Part shown: positions 1 to 8,985 of the stretch, piece by piece
Layout: every line of letters starts with the position of its first letter
How positions within the stretch are numbered: the first letter of the stretch is position 1
Assembly: GCA_963691875.1 (NCBI GenBank)
Contig: OY829846.1
Span: 416,001 to 480,000 of the forward strand
Direction: 5' to 3'
DNA from: Aureliella sp.
GTDB taxonomy: Bacteria > Planctomycetota > Planctomycetia > Pirellulales > Pirellulaceae
DNA length: 64,000 nt
The notes under the pieces: generated by a model
What the model was told of the DNA's origin: nothing
The model's input: the letters and a program-made list of their open reading frames with translations, nothing else
The model's database searches: none
Program-made: the position numbers and the translations under genes

Positions 1-946
1 GTACCCGGATCAGCCGATCGAACACGGATTTGACGAGTACTGCCTGTGGACCTGGGTCTACAGGGGGCAGAAATCGAGCCGCTACTACGGACCGCAGATC
101 TATCGAGACGGTAAGGTCACCAATGGCGACGCCGAAGACTTCGGCCCGGATGATTACCGCGATTTCGTGCTGGATTTCATTGATCGCAAGAAGGACGAGC
201 CGTTTCTCATCTACTTCCCAATGGCTTTGGTTCACTCGCCGTTCATCAATCCGCCGGAATTACAGAAACGTGCGGACTCCAGATTCACGCCCGAGCTCGA
301 GGAGAAGACTCGAGCCTTCGGCCACATGATTACTTACATGGATCAGGTCGTTGGTGACATCATGGCTAAACTCAAAGAACACGACCTCGAAGGCAACACG
401 CTGGTATTGTTCACCGGAGACAACGGCACGCACAAGAGCATCACCAGCAAGCTGCCCGGCATGGACCTGAAAGGCGGCAAGGGTTCAATGACTGAAGCTG
501 GCAGCCGAGTGCCTCTGCTGGCGTGGTGGCCTAATCAAATCAAGCCCGCAGTCCGCGACGAATTCTTTTGTCTTGTTGATGTCCTACCCACGATTACTTC
601 CATTGCCGGCATCGAGTTGAATCGCGAGGTCGACGGCATGGACCTTTCTCATCTTCTCTTTGATGGAGAGGGATCGAATCGAGAACGCGTGCTGATCAAC
701 TACGGCCGAGGCTTCTTCGTCCGTGAGAAACGCTTCCGAATAAACCAGGACGGCAAACTATACGACATTCCGATCACCTCTGACTCCTCACGCTACAGCG
801 AAACCGTCACGACCGATCCGGATCACAACTCTGAACGCAATCGTCTGCAGAAGATTCTCGATGACTTTATGGCCATCGAGTCGCGGTACAACAAAGGATC
901 GACAGACGGCAGGAAGAAGAATGAACGTGCCAAAAAGAAGCGGTAA
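1..946 (+). CDS. Sulfatase (arylsulfatase A-like), 5'-truncated by window edge
   Basis: Frame is open from base 2 (..HGFDEYCLW..); contains PFLIYFPMALVHSP, LVLFTGDNG, KGGKG..EAGSRVP and VDGMDL sulfatase motifs. Confidence 0.9.
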   Translation, partial: YPDQPIEHGFDEYCLWTWVYRGQKSSRYYGPQIYRDGKVTNGDAEDFGPDDYRDFVLDFIDRKKDEPFLIYFPMALVHSPFINPPELQKRADSRFTPELEEKTRAFGHMITYMDQVVGDIMAKLKEHDLEGNTLVLFTGDNGTHKSITSKLPGMDLKGGKGSMTEAGSRVPLLAWWPNQIKPAVRDEFFCLVDVLPTITSIAGIELNREVDGMDLSHLLFDGEGSNRERVLINYGRGFFVREKRFRINQDGKLYDIPITSDSSRYSETVTTDPDHNSERNRLQKILDDFMAIESRYNKGSTDGRKKNERAKKKR

Positions 947-1049
947 CCCGAGCTCCCAAAACCAAGCCGAATCATGGCAGGTCTCAGCCGCAGCAACCTT
1001 GGCAGATCAATTCGGCTCGCACGAAGGTACAAAGCCACTGAGAAGGTAG

Positions 1050-1609
1050 ATGCGAGTTTGCGTTCTGGGTTGAAATATTCACGAATCGTTTTCTTACCTT
1101 TTTGCGCGAACACGTTTCTGTTTCTGGCCTCGTTTGATCTTGTGGCAGACGCCGCTGAGAAACCCAATATCGTGTTGCTGTTTATCGATGACTGGGCGTG
1201 GAACGGCACTCCGGTTCCTATGAACGACGGCATAGAAAACGCAAGTATGCCGGGTCTTCAGATGCCGAATGTTGAGCGTCCGGCTCGTGAAGGACTGAAG
1301 TTCACAAATGCATATACCTCGCCGCAGTGTTCTCCGACGCGCGTCTGTGTGCCGATCGTTCAGTCCTCACCGCGGAACGGCTTTACTGTGTTCATGAATG
1401 ACCGGGGACAGGACTACTTCGACGAAAAAGGCTACCCTCACTTCCCGGTGATTCCCTGCGTCTCGGACACGACGATCGACGCGGATGCGGTGACGATCCT
1501 CGATGCTCTGAAGCCGTTCGGCAATGTAAACGCCCACGTCAGAAAAAGGCAAGTTCGAGGAGCGCCCGTTGCAAAAGGTCCGCCCGAACGAAACTACAGG
1601 TGGGAATGA
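1050..1609 (+). pseudogene. N-terminal fragment of a sulfatase
   Basis: [11 protein letters not shown] and CSPTR (CxPxR) motifs are present, but the ORF ends after <200 aa, just before repeat copy 1. Confidence 0.75.
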
Positions 1610-1771
1610 GTAGGTTGTTTCCGCCAGTGTCCAGCTTCGATAGCTGAGAGCAATGGAGAAGACTTTTTTGTGACGCACTATCGCGGCCGCGGATCAAATG
1701 GAGGCAGAGGCTGATCACTACGTCGGTACCCTTGACCGTGGACCGACGCATTGGTTGCAAATTAGAGAAGA

Positions 1772-1993
1772 TGCTGCCATCCTGCCACGTCGTCAGAGTC
1801 GCGTCACACCCGCCCACTTGAAGATTGAATGTGACGCTCGAACCAGAAAACGTTTCAACCACTTAAGGTTAGAGAGTGTCACATTCGCCGCACCTCTAAG
1901 CGGATGAGCATCGAAACCCGCAAGTCGCTGCTATCTCAGCACTTACGAAAGTGAGAAATCCCTGTGAATTTCCGTGTGAGTGTCTTGCGCAGG
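1772..1993 (+). repeat. Dispersed structured repeat, copy 1 (5'-truncated)
   Basis: Aligns by eye with copies at 9.7, 28.2, 32.4 and 48.2 kb (cores gtcgcgtcacac, aatgtgacgctcgaaccaga, ccgccgca, ggatgag, gcaagtcgctgctatctcagcactta); ends in ttgcgcagg. Confidence 0.9.
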
Positions 1994-2305
1994 GATGAGA
2001 AGGAACGGGAGAGCGAAAACAAGTTACTGCATCTAAGAATCGCAATGCTCGAGTTTGGGACAGCTCTTATCTGATGGGTAAAGGGCGACTTGAGCAATCT
2101 TAATCGGATAACGGATAAAAATTTATCGGGTTATTTAGTTTGTTCCGCTTGCTGCAAGGTCATTTTAGCTTCGGAATCCGTGCATTACCTACCTCCAACG
2201 GATGATCAGCTTGAGGCTGTCTGGAATGCGTTGCAAGGTCGTCACAATAAAGAAGGAGCCAACTCGGCACGACGAACTGCATTCCACCACGTGCCCCACG
2301 AACGG

Positions 2306-4042
2306 TTATTGCGTGGTGGTTAGGCTTTCGCCGACCGTGGAGGGATCTTCTAATCCTACATCACGGCAGTGGGATTCTATGCCTTGACCGAAACGGGGAA
2401 GCGTTCGACAGTGTTGTTGATAGTCAGCTAGCGAAGCGAAGAGTTGCCGTTGGGATAGATGAGGTAGGTATCCGCATTGACCGATAGCGTGTTGCGGAAG
2501 CGGGGCTGCGAGGTGACCGCCACGTTTTTCGATCATCTTTTCCTGTGCTGCCCAAATTTGATCGCGGTCGGTCAGCACTTCGTGCCACAAGCTGAGATCA
2601 AAACTGGCAATCAAGCGGTGGATTCGGTCTCGCTCTTCCTTCGTAATCCAACCTTCTTTTTCCGACAAAAACGCGCCGAAGCCCATCCCGATAGAGACGG
2701 CATGCCCGTGCAGCAAACCCGCGGGAATTTCAAAACCTGGTGACCAAGTGTGCCCATAGGCGTGCGGCCGACATTGGTGCGTTTCGTACAGATTGCCATA
2801 CTCTGCTTCCACATAGCTCTTGATCGCCCGACCAAGTATCTGTCGTGACTGGTTGCAGATCGCTGCGTCATCCGGCGTGTTGAGCGACCCGAAGCGTGTG
2901 TCAATCAACTCGCTTCCAGCTTGTTCGAGCGCGTTAAACAATTCGGCGTCTTTTACCGTGGCCATTTTGATGATCTCCGCAATACCGTGTCGCAGCCAAC
3001 CCGGACGAAGTGTTTGAAACAGCGTGCGGTCGGTGATCGACAAGATCGGAGCATGGTAGGCCCCGAAGAGATTCTTGTAGCCGAATCCGTCGCAGCAAGT
3101 CCGCGGTGAAGGTCCAGCGTCAATACCTGCGACGACTGAGGTCGACAACATCACGTAGGGCGTGCCGCGATGGTAAAGAGCACAGGCTAAACCACCGGTG
3201 TCAGCGAGCACACCGCCTCCCATGATCAGCACGGACTCATTACGAGAAACACCGAGGTGCTTGAAATCTCCCAGCATTTGCTCGACCGTTCTGATGCCTT
3301 TATCCACTTCCATTGCGCGGTAGACTAACTTCTCGAGTTCAATCCCGTGCGATGCAAAGTAGGATTCGACACGCCAGCCGAAAAACCGCTCGACATTTTC
3401 ATCGATTAAGCAGATGCATCGGCCAAGTGGCTTGTAGATTTCTCGCAACAGTGAGTTGTCCGTGTCGAGCACATTCTCTACCACCTTGATTGACGTGTGC
3501 GTCGTGCTAGTCATGCAAGCTTCGACCTGCTGAAAGTCGGCTTGGCTGACCACGCTGCCGCTACTCTCGCGAAATGGCGAAGTGGGATAGATCGCATGCG
3601 GGCTTTCGTCTGCTAAATCAAGTTCCAGGCTTAAATACTCCGTTCGAAAGCTGCCTTGCTTCAAACAATCCAACGTCTTCCAACGAGACAGATTGGATTC
3701 TTGAACTCTCGATGCGAGAACCGCCCAGTCATTCCCAATCAGCGGGTCGAAGGCTCGCAGTACAATAGCGACCTGCTGTACAAATTGTCCCAGCGGCATA
3801 CTAAAGCTTGATCGCAGCATGCGAATGGCTGACAACCCCGCAATGGCACCTCGCGACTGAAACGCCGCAGCTAAACCCTCGCAATAGATATCTCCCCGTA
3901 CGACGGTTTGCACCAAAGCGTTTAGAACGGTGTGGCTGGCAATCTCGCTGACCTGCGCCGATACGTCGCCTTCGGCAAATCGTTTCGTGTTTCGGTCAGC
4001 CAACAAAGCGTCTATCGTGCGGAGTAGTTTTGCTGTGTCCAT
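2306..4042 (-). CDS. mysA: Desmethyl-4-deoxygadusol synthase (sedoheptulose-7-phosphate cyclase), divergent long form with N-terminal extension
   Basis: DHQS-fold motifs GGGVLADTGG, GIAEIIKMA and divergent-DDGS signature YVEAEYGNLYE..QCRPHAYGHTWSP; sits in an operon with mysBCD. Confidence 0.93.
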   Translation of the reverse strand: MDTAKLLRTIDALLADRNTKRFAEGDVSAQVSEIASHTVLNALVQTVVRGDIYCEGLAAAFQSRGAIAGLSAIRMLRSSFSMPLGQFVQQVAIVLRAFDPLIGNDWAVLASRVQESNLSRWKTLDCLKQGSFRTEYLSLELDLADESPHAIYPTSPFRESSGSVVSQADFQQVEACMTSTTHTSIKVVENVLDTDNSLLREIYKPLGRCICLIDENVERFFGWRVESYFASHGIELEKLVYRAMEVDKGIRTVEQMLGDFKHLGVSRNESVLIMGGGVLADTGGLACALYHRGTPYVMLSTSVVAGIDAGPSPRTCCDGFGYKNLFGAYHAPILSITDRTLFQTLRPGWLRHGIAEIIKMATVKDAELFNALEQAGSELIDTRFGSLNTPDDAAICNQSRQILGRAIKSYVEAEYGNLYETHQCRPHAYGHTWSPGFEIPAGLLHGHAVSIGMGFGAFLSEKEGWITKEERDRIHRLIASFDLSLWHEVLTDRDQIWAAQEKMIEKRGGHLAAPLPQHAIGQCGYLPHLSQRQLFASLADYQQHCRTLPRFGQGIESHCRDVGLEDPSTVGESLTTTQ

Positions 4043-4097
4043 CGGGCAATTTCTATTTTGGTTTGATTTTTAGAGCTTTTCTGACTTAGGGAGACGA

Positions 4098-4892
4098 TCA
4101 GGCGGCGATGGGCTCATCTCCAAGTACTAAACCGCGATGTAACACGCGATCCCCCTGGACCTCAAAATGATCGGCGCGGTGCAAGGTACATCTGTCGTCC
4201 CAGATCACTACATCGCCCGAACGCCATCGATGCCGGTAAATCGGATTGCGTGCGATTGAGTGCCTGTAAAGTGCAGCGATGACTCGCTCCGAAGTTTTCG
4301 TGTCGCGTCCTGCGACCTTAATGCACCGCTCGGGAGTGGATAGAAACAATGCGACGCGTCCTGAGACAGGATGCCGCCGAAACAGAGGATGCCAACATTG
4401 CGATTCGTCAGAAGCATTTAGCGTCACGCCGGATGCGACATGCAGAACGAGTGCCCCACCCAGCCTTTCTACCACCCATGAAGGCAGCGATTCAAAAGCC
4501 GCATATTGATCGGTAAATAAAGTTTCGCCACCCGACTCGGGTAACTTAACGGCACGTAGTGCGGTGTAGGCCGGCGGCCGGCTGACGTAACTGGTGTCCG
4601 TGTGAAAGACGCTTCGTGGAAGAGTGGTTCGACCGACGTTTGAAACTACATTTAACATGTCGTAACCCTGAACCGCTTGCTCGCCCACCGTGAACGTAAG
4701 TGGACCAAGACGCTCAAGGAAGTTCGCGAACTGTTCATCGTCGATCTTTTGATTACGAAAAACAACAAAGCCCTGGTCTCCCAGGGCGGCACGCAACTGT
4801 ACAACCTGATCGTCTGAAAGCTCTACCAGCGAGTGGTCGACAATTTCGCCCCCGAACGGCGACAGAGCTTTGATATTAAGATGCATTCGCAA
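4098..4892 (-). CDS. TauD/TfdA-family Fe(II)/2-oxoglutarate dioxygenase (putative MAA tailoring enzyme)
   Basis: FHTDTSY (HxD), GGETLF, HPLFRRHPVSG, WDDRCTLHR motifs. Confidence 0.92.
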   Translation of the reverse strand: MRMHLNIKALSPFGGEIVDHSLVELSDDQVVQLRAALGDQGFVVFRNQKIDDEQFANFLERLGPLTFTVGEQAVQGYDMLNVVSNVGRTTLPRSVFHTDTSYVSRPPAYTALRAVKLPESGGETLFTDQYAAFESLPSWVVERLGGALVLHVASGVTLNASDESQCWHPLFRRHPVSGRVALFLSTPERCIKVAGRDTKTSERVIAALYRHSIARNPIYRHRWRSGDVVIWDDRCTLHRADHFEVQGDRVLHRGLVLGDEPIAA

Positions 4893-4915
4893 TTACTTTT
4901 TAATTGAGAAACCGA

Positions 4916-5593
4916 CTAAACGATTGGCTTAGCGGTCAGATATTGGTCGAGCAAGGCGTAAGACAGTTCTTGTGTACAAAAGTCACTGGCAGAGTAGTCG
5001 TGATCGGCGGTGTTATTGCCCGGGAACGCTACACAGGTCAGTCCGGCGGCCTTCGCAGAGTTGACTCCGTCTACGTTATCTTCGAAAGCGATGCAGGAAT
5101 CTGCGTCCTCACGCAATTGTTGCATAGCGAACTTGTAGCAGTCCGGGGAGGGCTTCGGTTCAGCCGCTTGTGTTACGTCGACTATTAGATCGAAATGTCG
5201 AGCATCAACGGCTCGGGCAACTGAGCACAACAGCGCTTCGATGTTGCCACGACTTGTCGTTGTGACCAAACCCACTTTCAAACCACGGTGCTTCGCGTCA
5301 CGAATTAATTTGGCGACGCCTGGACGCGGCTTCATGCTGCCTTCGCGGATTGCTTGCTGAAAGATGTCTGACTTCATACGGTGTATAGCGGCAGCATCAA
5401 CATTTTCACCTCGAGAATTCGCATAAGCTTCGATGCGATGTCGACCGCCACTGTGGACCAGTAGGTATTGGTACTCATCGCGAGTCCACTTCCAATTCAA
5501 ACCGTGCTTTTGAAAAGCTTCGTTGAAGGCTGCACGCTGAACTTCCGACGTTTCTACAACGCTTCCAATCGAACCGAATAATACTGCTGACAT
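4916..5593 (-). CDS. HAD-IA (CbbY-like) family protein with non-canonical motif I
   Basis: KPSPDCY and AFEDNVDGVNSAKAAG motifs present; motif I reads FGSIGS instead of FDxDG. Confidence 0.85.
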   Translation of the reverse strand: MSAVLFGSIGSVVETSEVQRAAFNEAFQKHGLNWKWTRDEYQYLLVHSGGRHRIEAYANSRGENVDAAAIHRMKSDIFQQAIREGSMKPRPGVAKLIRDAKHRGLKVGLVTTTSRGNIEALLCSVARAVDARHFDLIVDVTQAAEPKPSPDCYKFAMQQLREDADSCIAFEDNVDGVNSAKAAGLTCVAFPGNNTADHDYSASDFCTQELSYALLDQYLTAKPIV

Positions 5594-5615
5594 GTAATAT
5601 CCTCTTGGTAGATAG

Positions 5616-6683
5616 TTAAGAGTGGGTAGCGACGATCGATGGGGCAGTCACATTGACGTCACGGTCGATGGCACGGCAAAGCATCTCGTGCAAAAACGAT
5701 TCCAGAGTCTTGCCGGTCGCAGCCATCATCGTAGTGAGGATGCTGTTGGGTGCGAACGAACAATACAAACCGGCTTCTAAAAAGTAGGGTTGTCCAGTGG
5801 GATCAATCCGGAAGTCGAATAGGCTGTAGTCGCGGCAGCCCAACGCGACGTGGCATCGTTTGGCGATTTCCCAAACTGGTCGAGTGACTGGATCTTCGCT
5901 CGGGACAATCCAGGAGTGTTGGCGGTATTTCGAAACTAAGTCGACCTCGCCATCTATGTTCCTCGTCAGCTTGCTTTCGTAACCACGAATCGGTGTGTTT
6001 GCATCAAGCCGGTATTCTTGAAGCGGCAAGCACTCAAGCGACGACCCTGTTTCGACGACCCCGCACCGAACTTCACGGCCAGCCGGTATAAACTGCTCCA
6101 CAAGCACTTTAGTGGAATGTTCGGTTGCTCGCGCAATCGCGAGAGGATAATCCTCAGGCGAACGAGCTAAGGAGACGCCGACCGAGTTGTCTGCGTCGAC
6201 AGGTTTTACGACCGCGGGACAATCGATCGTTGGTGTTTGACCACTGCGAACAATCTCGCCGTTGGGAACAAGCACTCCGTCGGCTGCGACTACTGCCCGA
6301 GCCTTTGACTTGTCGGCGGTCAGGGACATCACCGGGGCCAAATTACCAACGAAAGGTATTTTCAAAAGTTTTAACAGACTGCGAAACTCGGTCATCCCCG
6401 CCATGCAAAACATTTGTGGCAATGCCACGTCGACTTGTGCGGCTTTTATCGTTCGGATCGCATCAGCAAGCGAGACTGGTTCAACTCTTTCAGTTATTTT
6501 GCGGGTGAATTGATCCGCAAAACGCCACTTGCCGTCAGGAGTCACGCACGCGATTAAATTTTCGTATCGTGTCGTACCGTCGACGGCTTCTAAGCAATCA
6601 CCTGCGTAGGCAAACGACAACTCGCGGAAGAAGTCACTCTCCGCAGAGCCAATCAAATGGAGAACTCGCAACTTCCTCATCAA
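5616..6683 (-). CDS. mysD: D-Ala-D-Ala-ligase-like mycosporine-glycine:amino acid ligase
   Basis: LRVLHLIGSA N-terminus, PQMFC, GREVRCGV, GCRDYSLFDFRIDP, FLEAGLYCSFA; overlaps the mysC stop (6680-6683). Confidence 0.92.
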   Translation of the reverse strand: MMRKLRVLHLIGSAESDFFRELSFAYAGDCLEAVDGTTRYENLIACVTPDGKWRFADQFTRKITERVEPVSLADAIRTIKAAQVDVALPQMFCMAGMTEFRSLLKLLKIPFVGNLAPVMSLTADKSKARAVVAADGVLVPNGEIVRSGQTPTIDCPAVVKPVDADNSVGVSLARSPEDYPLAIARATEHSTKVLVEQFIPAGREVRCGVVETGSSLECLPLQEYRLDANTPIRGYESKLTRNIDGEVDLVSKYRQHSWIVPSEDPVTRPVWEIAKRCHVALGCRDYSLFDFRIDPTGQPYFLEAGLYCSFAPNSILTTMMAATGKTLESFLHEMLCRAIDRDVNVTAPSIVATHS

Positions 6684-8110
6684 TCCCCTCCCAGCTGAAC
6701 GAGTTTTCCAATATTGAAATCGATGCGAACAAAACCACGTTGACGCTTGAGATCCTGCAATAGGAGAATGGGAATCTGAAAGTGATGCACCAAAAAGAAC
6801 GGCAATGGATCGTGCCAGTCAAAAATCGCTTCCTTGCCTTTCCGAATGATTTGAAATCGCTGCCAAAAGCGAGCAGGATTGTTCAGAGAAGTAACCATTC
6901 GCCACAGTTCATGGTACAGCCAGTAGGTCGGGCGACTACCGGTATTGGGGGTTACCGTGTTGCCCGCAGCTTCGGCCGAGTACGCATCAGCCACTTGATC
7001 GGTGTCGTAAAACGTTGTGATCGCAGAATGCGTACGCGGATTGCACTCGATGGCGTATAACCCGCCGTCGTCGTGGGCACGGATGAAGTCAAAGGAGACT
7101 TGCCCGGTTAGGTGAATACCAGCGGCATAACGACGGACCCACGATTCGGTCTCGGGATCAGTGATATGTTCATAGTTGACTTGGAACGCGGACGATTCGC
7201 AGCAACAGTGCACGCGTAGCTCCCCATCCACAATCGTGCTGTGCGTACAGAATTCTTTGCCGGGAATAAACTCCTGCATGACCCATGGATTCGATTCACT
7301 GATTGGCAGCGAGCGAACAAAAGAAGCCGTCTGCTCATCAGTCGCACGCGGCAATTTCGTTAAATCCAGGCGACGTATTGGATCGTACGCAATGCTTTTC
7401 AGAACATATTCACGATCTTCGACCGAGAAATCGAAGTCGAGAACCTGCTGCGGATCCGTGATCAGAAACGACTTTGGAGCGCCGAGGCCAAGGGATTGGG
7501 CACTTCGAGCGAATAAGAACTTGTCATCGAGCGTCGTGATCTTCTCCGGCTCCGGATGTATGACTTTGCAAAAAGGCGAAAGCGTCTTGATCGCTTCGGA
7601 ATCATGCTGGCTGGCAACTGGGCTGCAAACGGGCACGTATAGGTCCACGCTATGCTGTTTGACAATTTTTAGCAGCGATGCGGCATAGTGGGCTGACGTA
7701 GGGTCAGCGCAAGTCACGAACTTGTCGACGGCGGCAGAAAACCGATGACCCGTTAGCGAATATTTAGCGGTTTCGCAAAGGATCACTCGGCAACCGCTTC
7801 TGCGAAATAGCCGCGCAAGCTGCAGTGCCTTCGTCATCTTGCCACCGCTGATCAAAACGGTTTTGGAGTCGGCCGCGAGCGGCCGGCGATAACCCCGAGA
7901 ACGAGTCAAGGAATGGCGCACGACTATTGCGGCGGAGGTCAATGCCAAGTTCAGCGGCATTAGTAAGGACAACAACGCAAGCGTCCCCAGATCCTTGGCG
8001 ACGATTCGCAACCTCTCGAGGTAACTTGATTGACTTCCACCACTGCTCGCAACGGCCGATGCACCATTGCCTTTCCGGCGGGGGAGCCATTCGTTTGCTA
8101 GCGTTCTCAT
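6680..8110 (-). CDS. mysC: ATP-grasp ligase (mycosporine-glycine synthetase)
   Basis: ISGGKMTKALQLAR, LYVPVCSP, QEFIPGKEFCTH, IECNPRTHSAIT, IDFNIGKLV; ATGA overlap with mysB. Confidence 0.95.
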   Translation of the reverse strand: MRTLANEWLPRRKGNGASAVASSGGSQSSYLERLRIVAKDLGTLALLSLLMPLNLALTSAAIVVRHSLTRSRGYRRPLAADSKTVLISGGKMTKALQLARLFRRSGCRVILCETAKYSLTGHRFSAAVDKFVTCADPTSAHYAASLLKIVKQHSVDLYVPVCSPVASQHDSEAIKTLSPFCKVIHPEPEKITTLDDKFLFARSAQSLGLGAPKSFLITDPQQVLDFDFSVEDREYVLKSIAYDPIRRLDLTKLPRATDEQTASFVRSLPISESNPWVMQEFIPGKEFCTHSTIVDGELRVHCCCESSAFQVNYEHITDPETESWVRRYAAGIHLTGQVSFDFIRAHDDGGLYAIECNPRTHSAITTFYDTDQVADAYSAEAAGNTVTPNTGSRPTYWLYHELWRMVTSLNNPARFWQRFQIIRKGKEAIFDWHDPLPFFLVHHFQIPILLLQDLKRQRGFVRIDFNIGKLVQLGGD

Positions 8111-8985
8111 TTCGGCTCTTCCGATCCGACCTGCTGGTTTACCAAGCGGATCATTGTGATTCCATCACGAAGCGGAATTAGAACTTGTTCGACCCTTGTA
8201 TCGTTCGCGACACAGCGGTTAAACTCCGCAACGGCTCGCCCGTTTTCGGAAGGCGTTTCATCGCAATACGGTTCTCCTTGAAGCAACGTGTTGTCAATGC
8301 AGAGTAACGCGTTGGGGCAGAGCAAATCCAGTTCTATCAGTTGCAGGAAGTAGCCGGTGTACCCTGGTTTATCTGCGTCGATGAAAACAAAATCGAACTG
8401 TTCGCCGCTATCAGCAAGTTTTTGCAATGTTTCAGAAGCGGGGCCGATTTCAACTTGAATCTTCTTGCCGTGCTCAGAGCGCTCAAATTCACGTTGCGCA
8501 AACCGCGCGGTGTAGGGATCGAGTTCGCATGCAACCACACGGCCGTCTGGACCAAGGCCCTGTGCAATAGCCAAAGCCGAATAGCCGGTGAACATTCCAA
8601 TCTCAAGAACTTTGGTTGCTCCCGTGGCCGCTACCAGCATTTTTAGGAATTGACCTTCGACGTGGCCCGAGAGCATTTCCTGCTCAAGCGGTATCTCCGT
8701 CTGCCCAGCTCCGAACTGACCTTCCCAATTTTCAATGGCCGTCTGCTCAGCAAGGTGCGCCAGTTCGGCAGACTCAGGGCTTGTGCACTTCGCCACGTAG
8801 GAGTCGAGGCCTGATGCCAAAGCCGTCGCTTGACGCAGTTCGCTAATCGATTGGCTGTCCATGACTGAACCCGCGTCGAGTGAATCGGCGAGGTTTAGCA
8901 ATTTTTCAGCAAGAATGCCGACAGGTGTTACAGGTCTGGGACCGCAGGAGGATCGGGTTCCATCCTGAAGCGACGTTGGATTCAT
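8107..8985 (-). CDS. mysB: SAM-dependent O-methyltransferase (4-deoxygadusol forming)
   Basis: RPVTPVGIL, EQEMLSGHVEGQFLK, VLEIGMFTGYS, FIDADK, PLRDG. Confidence 0.95.
   Translation of the reverse strand: MNPTSLQDGTRSSCGPRPVTPVGILAEKLLNLADSLDAGSVMDSQSISELRQATALASGLDSYVAKCTSPESAELAHLAEQTAIENWEGQFGAGQTEIPLEQEMLSGHVEGQFLKMLVAATGATKVLEIGMFTGYSALAIAQGLGPDGRVVACELDPYTARFAQREFERSEHGKKIQVEIGPASETLQKLADSGEQFDFVFIDADKPGYTGYFLQLIELDLLCPNALLCIDNTLLQGEPYCDETPSENGRAVAEFNRCVANDTRVEQVLIPLRDGITMIRLVNQQVGSEEPK

Noticed and set aside
2306..4042. Housekeeping aroB (3-dehydroquinate synthase)
   Set aside because: Has DDGS-type GHTWSP motifs and mysBCD context
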